Part shown: one piece after another, positions 28,318 through 45,560 of the stretch
Position numbering within the stretch: position 1 is the stretch's first letter
Layout of the letters: every line of letters begins with the position of its first letter
NCBI GenBank assembly: GCA_039096225.1
Contig: JBBPEB010000023.1
Location: forward strand, 496,001 to 560,000
DNA length: 64,000 nucleotides
Origin: Blastocystis sp. Blastoise
Taxonomy: Eukaryota; Protista; Bigyra: Opalinata
Direction: 5' to 3'
Made by a program: the position numbers and the translations under genes
Notes under the pieces: model-generated
Databases searched by the model: none
What the model saw: the letters and a program-made list of their open reading frames with translations, nothing else
What the model was told of the DNA's origin: nothing

Positions 28318-29183
28318 TGTTTTAAATAAGAAAAATGTGCAGTTTCTTATGGAAAATAAATTCAAAAACCTTCATTTTTTATTAGAAAATTTCCTCAGTT
28401 GTTCAGTTTTCTACTGTGTGTTTTTTATTTACTAAAAATAAATACTTTAGTTATGTTGCTAAGTAGAGATGTTTTTTTTTATTTTGTAATAGCATTTAAG
28501 ACTTACATATAGTATAATGACTTGCTTTAGTGAACTTTTTTCAATTAATCTTTTTTAATTATTATTTATTGGTAAGATATTGGTTCTGAAAGATATGCTT
28601 ATAGCATGTGTGAATAATTTATATTATAAAAATTTCTTTTTTGTCTGATTTAACACAAATGTTTCTACAATTATAAAAAGTATCATTCATTTGATAATGA
28701 ATATCATTTTTTTGCATTTATTAATATAAGGGCAATTAGTTTTTATGGATTAAATATGTGTAGACAGCATGCATTCGTCGTCACAACTAGAAATAGCATT
28801 GTATTGGTTTTAATCAAGTTGAAAATATTATTTATTTTATTTACTGAAGCAAGATATTATTATTTTTAGACAACAAGGTATTGAATGAGGAGAGAAAAAT
28901 CAATGAGTCCCATAATAAAATATGAAATTCAGTAAATATGTATATCAAACAATTCAAGAAATAAAACGATAATTTTCTATTCAAAATACTACTGAGAAAA
29001 CATAAAAAATAAGATAAAAAACACTAAAAAATTAATATGAAATCTCCATTTGGAACAGAATTAAAATCGCGGTTTTCCACAGTAACATGGAAAATATCTT
29101 TTTTTTCTTATTTTTCTTATTCTTTTCAGAGTATACCCATAATTCTTCCTTAATTAATTATTCTATACTAATTAATAATCAAT

Positions 29184-31029
29184 ATGTTGCTTACAAGCGA
29201 AAAAGCTGAAGAATTGAAAGCAAGTATTTGTTTATTCTCTCTTATTAGTTGCAAACATTGGATTAATTCTTTTATGAATAGAATTTGTAGCTCAATTGGA
29301 CCCTATTATTGATGTAGTTTGTGAAGATGTGAAAGAACGAGGAAATTTTCCATTTATTGTTGAGCGACATATTCGTGAAATGCTTCATTATAATCTCGAA
29401 GGTGGTAAAATGATACGTGGATTATCAACAGTCTATACTGGATATACTTTATGTCCAGAATGGTGTGAAGATTATGAAAAAAAGTATATTGTTATCATTG
29501 TTATTTTGTATATAAAATCTATTTTTAGTGTTGTTGTTGTTTTGTATATAAAATCTATTATTATTGTTGCTATTATTTTGTATATAAAGGTTTATTCTTC
29601 TTGGTTGGTGTATAGAATTTATGCAAGCTTTATTTCTAATAGCTGATGATATTATGGATGGAGGACAAATGAGAAGAAATAAATTATGTTGGTATAAAGT
29701 TGAACATGTATATTATGTTTATTAATATTATTATTATTTTTTATTATTATTATTTTTTTTGATATTTGATATTATTATTATTATTATTGTTCAAATATTT
29801 ATTATTATTATTATTATTTTACTAAAAGAGTATATTTATATATATATTATATATATAATCTATATATATATACTAAATATAGATCGGTTTAATGTCAATT
29901 ACGGATATTTTATTATTAGAGAGTCAAATACCCATATTAATAAAAAGAACTTTTTCTTCTTCTCCTTCTCCATTAGTATCAAATCAATATAATGATTTAG
30001 AAGCTGATTCTGTCTTAAATAATATTCAGAAAGCAAAGGATCAAGAACTTAAAGAATATCAATATACTATAGATCATTCAAAGGAATTATTTTTAGTGAA
30101 TCGATTATTAGAAATTTTGAATGAAGTTCAATATATAACAGGAATAGGTGAATATATAGATACTTATATATCTTTAGAAAAACAATTTCATAAAAAAGAT
30201 TCTCAAGATAATCAATATGATGTATATTCTTTAAAGAATTATTTGGATATTATTATTAATAAAACTTCCTATTATACTATTTATATACCTATTGCTCTTG
30301 CATATACTTTTGTTACTTATTTATATCCACCTACTTCTTCTTCTTATATTTATATTAATATAAATATTACTAAAGAATTATGTAAATATATTGGTGAATT
30401 ATTCCAAATTCAAGATGATTATCTTGATTTTTATGCTGATCCCAAAAAATTAGGAAAAGTATTTTTTTAACATTATTTTTTTAATTTATTATTTTTATTT
30501 TTATTTTTTAATAATTTGTAGAATTTATTTTTTTTTTTTTATTTTTATTTTTAGTATCTATTGATTATTATTATTATATAAATATCTTTATATTTTATAA
30601 ACTTAATTAATTAATTTATATATACATAGGTAGGTACAGATGTAGAAGAAGGAAAATGTAGTTGGATGTATGTAACATTGTTATCTGTATGTAATAAAGA
30701 AGATGAAGAATTATGTAGACATATATATGCAGATAAAACTATAGATTATGCAAATATTATTAAAGAATTATATATTAAATATGATTTACAAAAGATATAT
30801 AAACAATATGAACAAAACAAAGTTCAGTATTTATATTCTATTTATTTTTTAATAATATCTATTCTATATTCATATTCTTTTTTTAATTATTTTAATTATC
30901 TTTTATTATTTTTTCATATATATATATATATATAGAGAAATTCAATCTTCCCTTGAGAAATATCATTCAATTATTCCATATGATATTTTGTCATATCTCC
31001 TTCAAAAAATTAATAAACGTAATTATTAA
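29184..31029 (+). CDS. FDPS: Farnesyl/geranylgeranyl diphosphate synthase (6 exons)
   Basis: [26 protein letters not shown] (FARM), [19 protein letters not shown] (SARM), GK|[12 protein letters not shown]. Confidence 0.93.
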
Positions 31030-31598
31030 TTAATAAGATATATATATTTTTTCTACTTGGAAAAAAATTATATTTTTATTATTTTTTTGTTGTATTTTAT
31101 TCTGAATTGTTATTAACGTAATTCAGTTTATTACTGATATTATTCATATATTCTTATAGCACTATATATATATGTTTTTTAGGCTTTGTGAATTTAGATA
31201 CTATTTATATATATATTTTGTATTGTTAAAGTTTATTATAAATTTTTCATTACTAATGACATATTTATTTAATCATTCATTTATTATTAGTCGTATAATT
31301 AAGATTTATTTAAACTGTTTAGATATATTTTTAAAATCTATTATATATAGAAATGATAACAACATTTGATATTATAATTTTTTATACGACATCTTTGACA
31401 GTTATTATATTCATTTAAACCATTTTTAATGTTTTTTCAAATAATAACAAAACAAGTTTATAATATATATATATAAATTAATTATAATAAATTTAGAGAT
31501 TATATATATATAAATATAACATAGATTAAATATATATTATTATATAATAAAAAAATTAAAAAAAAACTATTATTATTAATATTGAATAATTAAAACAC

Positions 31599-33256
31599 TT
31601 AATATATTCTTTCCCATATTTCATAATCTTCTACTATAAAATGAATTGTAGAATTAGAACATTGGTTATATCCTCCCCTTCCTCCACGACCAATATTATT
31701 ATTCTTATTCTTATTAATATATCCAAATAATGATTCACTACAATAAGAATCATTATTACTATGACATTCACCGGATGTATGAATATTATCATTAAAACAA
31801 GGACCAGAAATAGATTTCGGCATATTAAAATTTGAAATTTGATTTTCTTCAAATTTAGTAGCAGGCATTTCAGACTCATTATTTAAAGTAAATAAATTAA
31901 AATAAAAATATTCACTAAATCTATCTATATATATATATAATTTTAATAAAAAAAAACTTACTATACATAAACATTGGGTTATTAGCACTTTTATATGTAT
32001 ATGCTCCAAACATATTTTCATGATTATTTTTACCTATTTGTTTGATTATAGTAATTGTTTCTCCTTTGTTATCACAATATTTATGAAATTCACTTGCTTT
32101 ATATTCATGTTCACTTGCTCTATATTTAATAAATACATAATAATAATAATAAATATATAATAATAATAAATATAGAATAATATATAATAATAATAATAAA
32201 TATAGAATAATATAAAATAATAATATATAAAATAATAATATAAAATAATAATATAAAAATATAAATATACCTAAATAATAATTTCCATTTCTTTTCTTTA
32301 CCAAACCAATTCACAACATAATTTTCCATCTTTTTATTACTAATAATGGTGGTTTCTTTAAAATATTCAACTCTTTTCATTCCTTCTTTCGCTTCTTCTC
32401 TTCCTTTATCACCAAATAATTCATACATTTCATTCTCTAATAATTCTTTATTTATATATAGCATATCATTATTAGAAATAAATATACATTCATTTGTTAT
32501 ATATTGATATATATATTCAATATATTTATATTTCTTATCCATATATAAAACATGATTCATATGCTCATAATCAATAAATCCATTTTTATATTGATTTATA
32601 TATCTATTCCATAAACCATTATTCACTAAATAATTACTTATTCTTATATCTTTTATTCCATTTATATATAGAGTCACTTGATCACCTTCTTTATATTTCA
32701 TATATTTCGTTTTACTTCTTCTATAAGTATATATTAATTCTTCAGGAAGAGGAAGTCCACAATATTCAAATAATTGAAATAATTCATATATATCTTTATA
32801 CTTATATTTAGTTAAATCAATCTTCTTATTCATCAACGAATCAATTAATAAAGGAACCATAGTCTCATCATAAGGATAATCTAAATATAATGTACCATCA
32901 ATAGTTCTTTGATCTTCTTCAAATTGTTCATAAATATAACTACCTACTAAACTATTTATTATTCTCTTAGGAATACAATAAATAGGACCCTTACTTGTAA
33001 ATCGAATATAATCAATTCCAGTATCATCATTATTCTTTTCTATGTTACTTTTTCGAAGAAAAGAACACTCTTGAATCATGACTTTTGAAGTATTCTTGTT
33101 TTTGATATTGCTATCCACATAATATTTCAATATATCATTTATAGAATCACTAGAATGAACACAAAAACGAATTGAGGCACTTAAGATTCCAAGTAAATCA
33201 CCAATCAATTGCTCAAAATGCAAGATATCATTTCTTATATCATTTATCATCTTCAT
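31599..33256 (-). CDS. BTB-like + TLDc domain protein (3 exons), close paralog of 9223..11072
   Basis: IDYIRFTSKGP, RTIDGTLYL, WKLLFR|ASEHEYKASEFHKYCDNKGET, EDYEIW. Confidence 0.85.
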
Positions 33257-34124
33257 ATATTAATCAATTTGCTATTTAATATAATATAAAAAGTATATTT
33301 TAAGAAATTAGTGAAATATTCAAATTCAAAAAAAGAGAAATCACTATTTCATTAATAGTTATTCTTTTCTTAGTTATGTATATAATTAATATTTTTTTAT
33401 ATCATTTTTTAATTTGCTATAAATATGTAGATTATTTTATTAGAATAGAATCTTCAAATATTAGTTTAAATTTCAGGAAATTGTTTCTAAATAGATTGAT
33501 TCATTCTTTTTTATAGCTGTATGTAATACAAATGTATTACATAATTTATCTATGTATAATAAATAATGATTTATTAAGGTAATTTATTCATTCTTTAGTA
33601 AAATGTTTTTTTTATGTTTTTATTAACGTTTATTTATTAGAATAATTTATGATAAAACTAAGTAGCTATTAATCTATTAAAAATAAAAATGAGTTAATCA
33701 ATTTATGGAATCAATTTCGAAATACTATTGAATAAAAAAAGTTCTCATTATTTATTACGATCATCAATTATTCAAGATCGTCAAATCAATTCTATTTTAT
33801 TCATATATAGTCATTCATGAAGATAATCTTGTTTTTCATCATTTATTTTGCAATATATTGATATAAAAGTATATCCTGTAAGTTTACTATAAGAATTTAT
33901 ATTCCATACTATTCAATTCTTGACAAATAAATTATAAATTCGGGTATATATTGGATTATACACGCAAATTGATAAATAAGAAATATCTTGTAAAATGAAA
34001 TATATTTTTAATGATTTATATATACAAAAATAATCTTTAATCAATATATATACGTAAAAAATATATATAAGTTAATAAAGAAAAAAGAGAAAAAAAGGAA
34101 AAATTATAATATTTTTTTAATTAT

Positions 34125-36053
34125 TTAAATGTATGTTTTTAATAACGTCATTAGATAAGTAAAATCTTGTTCAGAAGTAATTCGATCATATATATAATTC
34201 TTTAAGAATTCCTTTTTATTCATATCCTATATTCATATAGAAACAATTATTATTCATTGAAAAATAAGTATTATAAGAATATAGTAGTAGAATAACAATC
34301 AAAAAATATATATATATATATATACAAAAATAGTATCCATATAATTGTTTTGTATATTTCGTACAAAAGATGTTAGCCGTTCCACATCTTTCGTACTGAT
34401 ACAGAGTGTGACATAAAGTTGCATATAATAAGAAAACAGCTCTCTATTTTCTTTATATAAATACATATATAATTGAGTTTCAATAAAAGATAATGAAGAA
34501 TACTATATATAAATGAAATATTGAGATTTTCATGAGTATACTAAACAGAAAAATTTAGAATAAATATATATATATATATACATCATTTGAATTAAGAATA
34601 GAAAAGTGATTTGTATTATTATTCTCTTTCATCCTATCATTGTACATGCACGTGCGATGAAGATACAAATTATCTTCCATCCATTCTTCTATATTTGTAT
34701 TAAAACACAAATATCTACTGAATTCTTTTTCTTTATTTATATATATATAAGGGATTTCATCTTCAAAAGATATTTTAACACTTGTAATACTATCTATAGA
34801 ATCAATTGATAAGAATTGTTTGTATAATTCACCATTATATAGTTTCTTAATTTCATTTTTTAAATTCCATAAAAACCAATGACCGTCACAACCTACTGCA
34901 AATAGCTTATTTCCATGAGAATTACACATTGAATATAAAGGGGAAGATAATAGAACCGCGGGAATAAGCCATTGTCCAGAATTATTAAGAATATATAAAT
35001 AATTTGAAGAAGTAGCAATAATAATAAAAGAATCAAAAGCAGTATAAAGTGTAATATGTCCAAGTAGTGACTGTTTCCAAAGAATTAAACCATTTTGGCG
35101 GGCAGTTAATTCAGTAGTTGGTGGTATATTATTTGGTTTATTCTTTTTATTGATAGTATCAAATAATCCAGTTGAGTTTGATATATTAATAAATGATATA
35201 GAAATAACAATAGGAACAGAAGTATTAGTAGAAAGAATAGAAAATGAAGAAATAGATAATGGTGAAGGAGGAGATAGAAATGGAAGATTAATTGATGGTA
35301 TAGAAATAGTATTTAAAGTAGAAATGGAAGGAGTAATATTAATAGGTAAAGAAGTAGTTATAGATGATGATGACGATGATGACGATGATTGTATTGTTTG
35401 ATGTAATAATTTTGTTCCACTATGAAGTGCGTCAGAGAGGGATTGTGATGGTTGAGCCATTTTACGTTTAGTTACACTCTAAAGTATATATATAGAAAAT
35501 AAGAAGAAGATAAAATGATATATACACATAAAAAAATAGAATATTTTAAAATGATAAAATATATATATATATATATATATACAGAAGAAGATGTTTTATC
35601 TTCTCTTTTTTGTTGTTTATTGCTTTGAGTATTAGTCAAAGCTTGAGGTAAAATAATATCGTCGTCTGATGATGATATAGAGAGAGATGATAAATGTTTA
35701 GAATCAGTTGGTATAGTAGAGAGATTTGTTGTTTTAGAGAGATTTGTTGTTTTAGAGAGATTTGCTACATTAGAGAGATTTGCTACATTAGGAAGATTCG
35801 CTACATTCGAGAGATTTGCTACATTAGAGAGATTTGTTACATTAGATTCTTTTTGAGGTTTTAATGCAATCAGTGAAGGAGACAATACAGGACTACTTGA
35901 AATAGTAGTAGCATGAATAGGTAGTGTAGAATCATGTGTAGTATGAATAGGAGCAGCAGAAGAAATAGAAGGAGTTGTTATGGTATCCATATTATTATGA
36001 GTAGTACTAGTTGTAATATTAGTTGATTTATTATTAGCAGTATTAGTTGTAAT

Positions 36054-36087
<34 letters not shown>

Positions 36088-36110
36088 GTTGTAATATTAG
36101 TAGTATTATT

Positions 36111-36148
<38 letters not shown>

Positions 36149-38750
36149 CAGTATTAACAGATATTGGTGTTAATGGTGAATCCACTAGAGTTGGTACAGG
36201 AAGAGGAGATGTAGATATATTCACGGGAATCATATCTGGAACTAAATAATATATATAAATTGATATTAAAAAAATGATTCTTATTTTACATTTATATAAT
36301 TATTTGTTTATATATTTACATTTATATGATTATATTAATAATATTATATATATAATATATATAATATATATAATATATATAATATATATACTCTTAGAAA
36401 ATGAAGGAGGTCTTATGTTTTCTTTTTGATGTAAAGTGAGTAATTTAATAGTATCTTCAAAGGAAAATGGCTATATTACATTAATATAATAATATATATA
36501 TATTATTACTATTATTAAAATACTATTAAATAGTCTAATAAACATAAATAAATAATAATTAAGAAAAAATAATATATATATATATACAGTTCCATGAAGA
36601 TCTTCAGTTTCCAATAAAATACCAATAATACTGCCATCTATAGAAGATGCAAAAAGACCGATTTGTCCTTGTTTTCCCACGGGAATTTGAGCTGTATAAT
36701 TGATAAAATCTTGTGATTGTTCATGATAATTGAAATTATTATTAAATAAACACCAGGAGATATCAGAAATAGAAGAAGTAAATGAATGATTTATAATAAC
36801 CACAGGAGTAGTAGAAGAAGAAGACCATATAGATAGTAAGCCATCCTAGATATATATATATAATTATATATACAAATGAATTGTTATGTATATAAATAAA
36901 TAGTTATGTATATAATAATAATAATAATAATAAAAATAAATAATAATAAAAATATTCTTTTAAATATCATTTAGATATATAATAAAGACATACTTATAGT
37001 TATTATAATTAATAAAAATAAGAATAAAAATATGAATATAAAAGATATATACTTGACCACCAATAGCACAAAGTTCATCTGCATCTTTAGAAATAGTATT
37101 TCGTATATATACCGGACAGCAACGTGCGCTAACGATAGGTAAACGGTGACCAATCATTTTCAATTCTGGTATCCATTGATCACGTGATATATAGCATGCA
37201 AATTGGCAATCAGACTATTCAAGAATAATATTATATATATATATATAATAGTATATATGTATTCATTACAATTGAATAATGAACAAGAATAATATATAAT
37301 TATATATATATATATACATCAGAAGCATGGGTAACACATAAAAAGTGTCCATCGATAGACCAACATAATCGTCGATATAATGATGATCCTGCGTTATTTT
37401 TCATAATTCCCGTGATTCTTTTAACAATTTCTCCATTCGTAGTATTCCATATAATAATTGTATTATCTTCACTTGATGAAGCAATATACTATATATGGAA
37501 TATATAGTATTATTTAATATATTTAATTATATTTATAATATAAAATATCTATAAAGCAATATATAAATATATAATAAAAATCAAAAATAAATTATATAAA
37601 TATATAATAAATATCAAAAATAAATTATATAAATATATTAATAATTATCTATAAATCAATATATATTTATTAATAAATAAAAAACAATATATTAAAAATA
37701 AATGCAAAAAAAATAATATACTCATAATAAATAAACAAAAAATAATATATTTAAAAATATCTAAAAAACTATATATATATATATACTTGTCCTAATGGGT
37801 CCCAAGTGATTCCTTTGACCCAAGAATCATGGCCTCGACACTGTAGGGATGGTTCATCGATAAGTAAAGGCTTTGAAGGGATGGTGGAGAAGACTGTAGA
37901 CGTGGGGAATTGCCATATATAGACAGTATTATCGACAGAACAAGAAGCGATATAATTATCATCAGGAGACCATGTTAAATCAGTTACATCTATGTATATA
38001 GATATAGATATATATACATATTTATTATTATATATAAATGAATACATAAATATAGGATAATGAACTCTATGAACAGAATAAAATATATAGAAATCAACAT
38101 ATATATATACCCGATTTATGTTTTTGATAAATACAAATAGGAATCAGTTTAATAACATCTTCTAAGATTTCATTATCTTCATCTTCCTTTGGAGTCTGCT
38201 CTTGTTCTTTTAGAACTTCTGAAGAAGCTGTATTAATTTTAGCCTTTCGTTTTTCTTCACGATCTTTTATATATTGTAAGAATTTGGAATACTAAATAGA
38301 AAATAATAGTCTAAATAACTGAATTATCATACCCAGTGAAGATCTATCATCCATATAATAACAGATTGATCATCAGATCCAGATGCAAGATATCTAAATA
38401 AGTAAATGTTGAATAAAAGCTAATTTTTCTTACAATCCGTTATGAGACCAACGTAAACAATTTACGGATCCTTTGTGATAATTCAATTCAGCAAGAATTC
38501 TTGAATTTTCTTGATCATTTTCTTTGTCTTCATCGAAAATGGGTCCTGTTGACCATATATTAATTGATGAATCTATGTCTATATTGTTTTTAGCATAAAT
38601 ATATATACCACTTCCACCTGTAGCAAAGTACATTCCATTTGGATGGACATCAATACAATTAATTGGATTATCTATACTTGGATACACACATACATATTCT
38701 TTTTATATCATACTATCGTGATTTACCCAAGGAACTCTGAAGATATGCAT
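34125..38750 (-). CDS. HIRA: Histone chaperone HIRA/Hir1 (WD40 + C-terminal Hira domain; about 14 exons)
   Basis: N-terminus WVNH..PINCIDVHPNGMYFATGGSD, HKGSVNCLRWS, LASGSDD, DVTDLTWSPDD, GHDSWVKGITWDPLGQYIAS, RRLCWS.DG, AIGGQD; C-terminal SLSFIETQL. Confidence 0.9.
35718..35845. repeat. Coding 18-bp tandem repeat (NVANLS/KTTNLS, about 7 copies) in the HIRA linker
   Basis: AGAGAGATTTG(C/T)T... with period 18. Confidence 0.85.
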
Positions 38751-39000
38751 TTTATTAATTTTTTTTTTTTTGTTTTTTTAATTCTTATTATAATAAGAGT
38801 ATTCCTACTAAATTATAAATTATTATAAAAAATTATTTTATATTCATTTTGAATTTCTTTTCCTATTTTTATATCTATTAAAGGTAAACAAAGCTCGATT
38901 TTTGAATTTAAAGCGAAATTATAAATATAGAAACGATGAAAATAAAAGAACACTATTTTAATGATTATGAATAACAATATAGAGTAATTATTTTAATGTT

Positions 39001-42191
<3,191 letters not shown>

Positions 42192-43037
42192 TATAACGCT
42201 TCTTTAATGAGAACTCTTGCTATAATCTTCAAAGAATAATAATTATCTTTTTATTTCAAAGATTATTTTTTCCCCGTGATTTAACAAAAAAAGACTTTTT
42301 ATTTTAATTCTTCATTCATTTTTTATACACTTAACCATCCTCGTTTAAAATGCATTTAAAAAGAGCTTCTCTTTCCAAATTCTATTAAACAATCATAGAG
42401 TTTCTTTAATTAAAAAATATATATTTGAAATCTCCCTAAAACTTAATGTTCTTCTCTTTAAAGTTATTCGTAAATATAACTCGTATAATAAAACATTGAA
42501 ATAATAAAAATAATAACTTTATGTCAAAATAACATCGACACAAACAAGCTACAAAAGCAATAAATGTTCATATTGAGATCTATATACTTTTAATACTTTT
42601 TCTAATGATATTTATGATCTCTAGATTTATATAAAAGAGATAAACATCAAAAGAAACAGTATTGAATGAAACAGAGAATACAAAAATCAAAAAAACAAAT
42701 AAAATATCAAAATATTCGTGAATAAATAGAAAGGTGTTATATTTTACAATTGACCCTAATTAAAAAAATTTATACTATGAATAAACAAAATAAAATGATA
42801 GAATAAGAACCATAAAAATTAATTGGGTAATAATAAGAATGTACAGTCATTTGTAATTTCATGATTTATATGTCTTTTTTAAATATAAAAATATAGCAAA
42901 ATAAACAGAATAATCACGGGAGCTACGCTGTTTTTGTCGGGTAAATTATTCAAAGAATTATTACATTTATCAAAGCCACTCTTTCTTTGGTTATATTTTC
43001 AATAATTTGCAACCTCCATCCCTTATTTTAGAATAAT

Positions 43038-44105
43038 ATGGCTAAATACAGGTATTTATAAACAATATATTTCATTTCAGATTTAGTGAATATCATTATA
43101 TTATTTTGTTTTTTTTGTTAATGTCCATTTGATTCATAACATTAGCTGTTGTTTCTCTATTTTATGTCATTTAACACATGTCTAAAGCTTTCTAATTATT
43201 CAAATATATACAGTGCTACTCCCGTAGATACCAAAAAGAGTAATTTATTCAAAACTTCATAAAAACATATTTATCTATTTTTATTTTAGGTTGTATGGCT
43301 CGTGGTTCTTACCTTCGTGTTCACTACAAACCTTGCCAAGCTGTAGCTAAGGCTATTATGGGCAAGAGTCTTCTTGATGCTAAGAAGTACTTACAAGATG
43401 TTATTGCTCACAAATCCGCTGTTGCTTTCACTCAACACAACGGTGGTATTGGTCGTCATGCTCAAGGTAAGAACCTTAAGTCTGGTAGCCAATGTGCTTG
43501 GCCCGAAAAGGCTTGCCGTTTCTTCCTTGTCCTTCTCGACAACCTCCAAGCTAACGGTGAAGCTAAGGAATTAGATGCTGCTAAGCTCTACATTTCTCAC
43601 TCTCAAGCTAACCATGCTCCTTGTGGTCACAGACGTACTTACCGTGCTCACGGTCGTATTGGACCTATGTTTTGTTTATTTATTATATTCTTTGATTTCT
43701 TTTATATATATTTATATTTATATTTATATTTATTAAATTCTAATACTATAATAATTATTAATTATATATATAATAAATTGATTATTCATTAAATAATATA
43801 TTATTAGAAGAATAAGAGATAATATATAACTATTTTCTTCTCTATACCTTACCTTAGTCATCCTGCTCATATTGAAGTTATTGCTTCTGAAAAGGCTGAA
43901 ACTGTTGCTCGTTCTAAGACTGAACATATATTATTATATTATATCATACTATCATTTTTGTTTTTTTTTTAAATAAGTTGTTTAAAAATAATATATAATA
44001 TATTATTATTTCTATATTTTATTCATATCTGAACCTGTTCTTCGTCGTTTCACCAAGAAACAAATTGCTTCTAAACGTCTTCACTTAGGTGGTGGTCTCA
44101 ATTAA
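43038..44105 (+). CDS. RPL17: 60S ribosomal protein L17 (uL22), 5 exons; introns 3 and 4 non-canonical
   Basis: MAKYS...ARGSYLRVHYK...GGIGRHAQGK...WPEK...RRTYRAHGRIGP|YLSHPAHIEVI...FTKKQIASKRLHLGGGLN*; C-ending codon bias typical of a highly expressed gene. Confidence 0.97.
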
Positions 44106-44401
44106 AGAGAGTAACTAGTTAAGTAATAAACGGATAATAATTTGGTTGCTATATGTGTTTTGTGTATCATTTTTTTTTAAATCACAGATCAATAACAAGT
44201 CGTTTGTATTATATATGTATTATATATCAATATTTATCAATATATACATATATATATTATCTTACATGAAAACAAAATGAAACACTAAAATATTGATATG
44301 ACTCGAAGACAAAGAAAATAGTATTAACAATGAATATATAGGATAATAGTACAAGAATAATTATAATGAACAGAGAAAACAATTTAGAATAATATTTCCA
44401 G

Positions 44402-45560
44402 TTATAGTTTAATAGCACTACAAATATAAAAACACCAATGAAAAGGTACTAAATGTGTATTCCAAGTAATTGGATTGGGTAATATTCCTTTAATTTGTAA
44501 AAGACGGAATTGATTTTTTTCTAATTCATGATGTAATTTTCGATCTGAAATAAATTTTTTATAATCATGTGTACCAACAGGAAGTATATGAAGTATATAT
44601 CTATATATATATATATAATTCTATAGTAAAAACAAAAAAAAAATGTTATTTAAATAATCATAATATATTTATTGATAATGTATTAATATATATATATATA
44701 TATTCTGCAAATAATTTAGCAGCTATCCATCCCAAGAGAGTTTTATTAATAGTTGAAAAAATAACTAATCCTCCTGTTTTTGTTAATTTTGATACATTTT
44801 TCATAAAGAAAGGAAAATCAGAAACATGCTCAATTACCTATATATAATAAGTATGATAAATATAATTATTATAAGTATAATAATAAAATTAAATAAAATA
44901 AATAAAATAAAATAAATAAAATAAAAAATAAATAAAAAATAAATAAAATAAAATAAATAAAATTAAATAAAATAAAATATGATACAATAAAATTAAATAA
45001 AACAAATAAATAAAATAAAATAAATAAAACATAATAAAAATACAAATATAACACAAATAACACTATACTTCTAATGCAAAAACAATATCATATTTTTTAT
45101 TCTTATTCATTTGATCTTCAACTGTAGAATTTTCATATTGAAGTGTTCCTTTCCAATTATCCGTTAGTGATGCATGATATTGTGCTATATCTATACATTC
45201 CTTACAAGGATCAATTCCTATAACATTAGCTCCACGTCTTGCCATTTCTTCACTTAATAAACCACCTCCACAACCAATATCTAAAATATCTATATTGGTT
45301 AAATCACCATTACCTTTATACTTTGATGAAATAAAATGATTTTCAATTGTATGATCAATAAACACAAGACGTGAAGGATTCATATGATGAAGCATTCCTG
45401 ATCCTGTCCTACTGTTAGGATTCCACCATTCCATAGCATAATTCTTAAACTTCTCAATTTCTTCAGGACTCTTTGTTGTTTCAGCAGCAAAGAATCTTTT
45501 CATAACTAAAGTACTCACAATCGGTCTACAAACCAATCTTGGTTGAAATATACGTATCAT
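44402..45560 (-). CDS. COQ3: Ubiquinone biosynthesis O-methyltransferase (UbiG/COQ3) with probable mitochondrial presequence (3 exons)
   Basis: EIEKF...WW, LHHMNPSR, ILDIGCGGGLLSE, LE|VIEHV, STINK, AEYIL..LPVGTHD; Arg-rich N-terminus MIRIFQPRLVCR. Confidence 0.93.

Noticed and set aside
43052-43213. Possible snoRNA in RPL17 intron 1
   Set aside because: No box C/D pair or convincing H/ACA structure is visible; a covariance-model search would be needed.
43665-44034. Introner or transposon origin of the aberrant introns
   Set aside because: The inserts share no sequence family or terminal inverted repeats beyond AT runs, and the flanking repeats vary from 2 to 9 nt and are partly explained by microsatellite.
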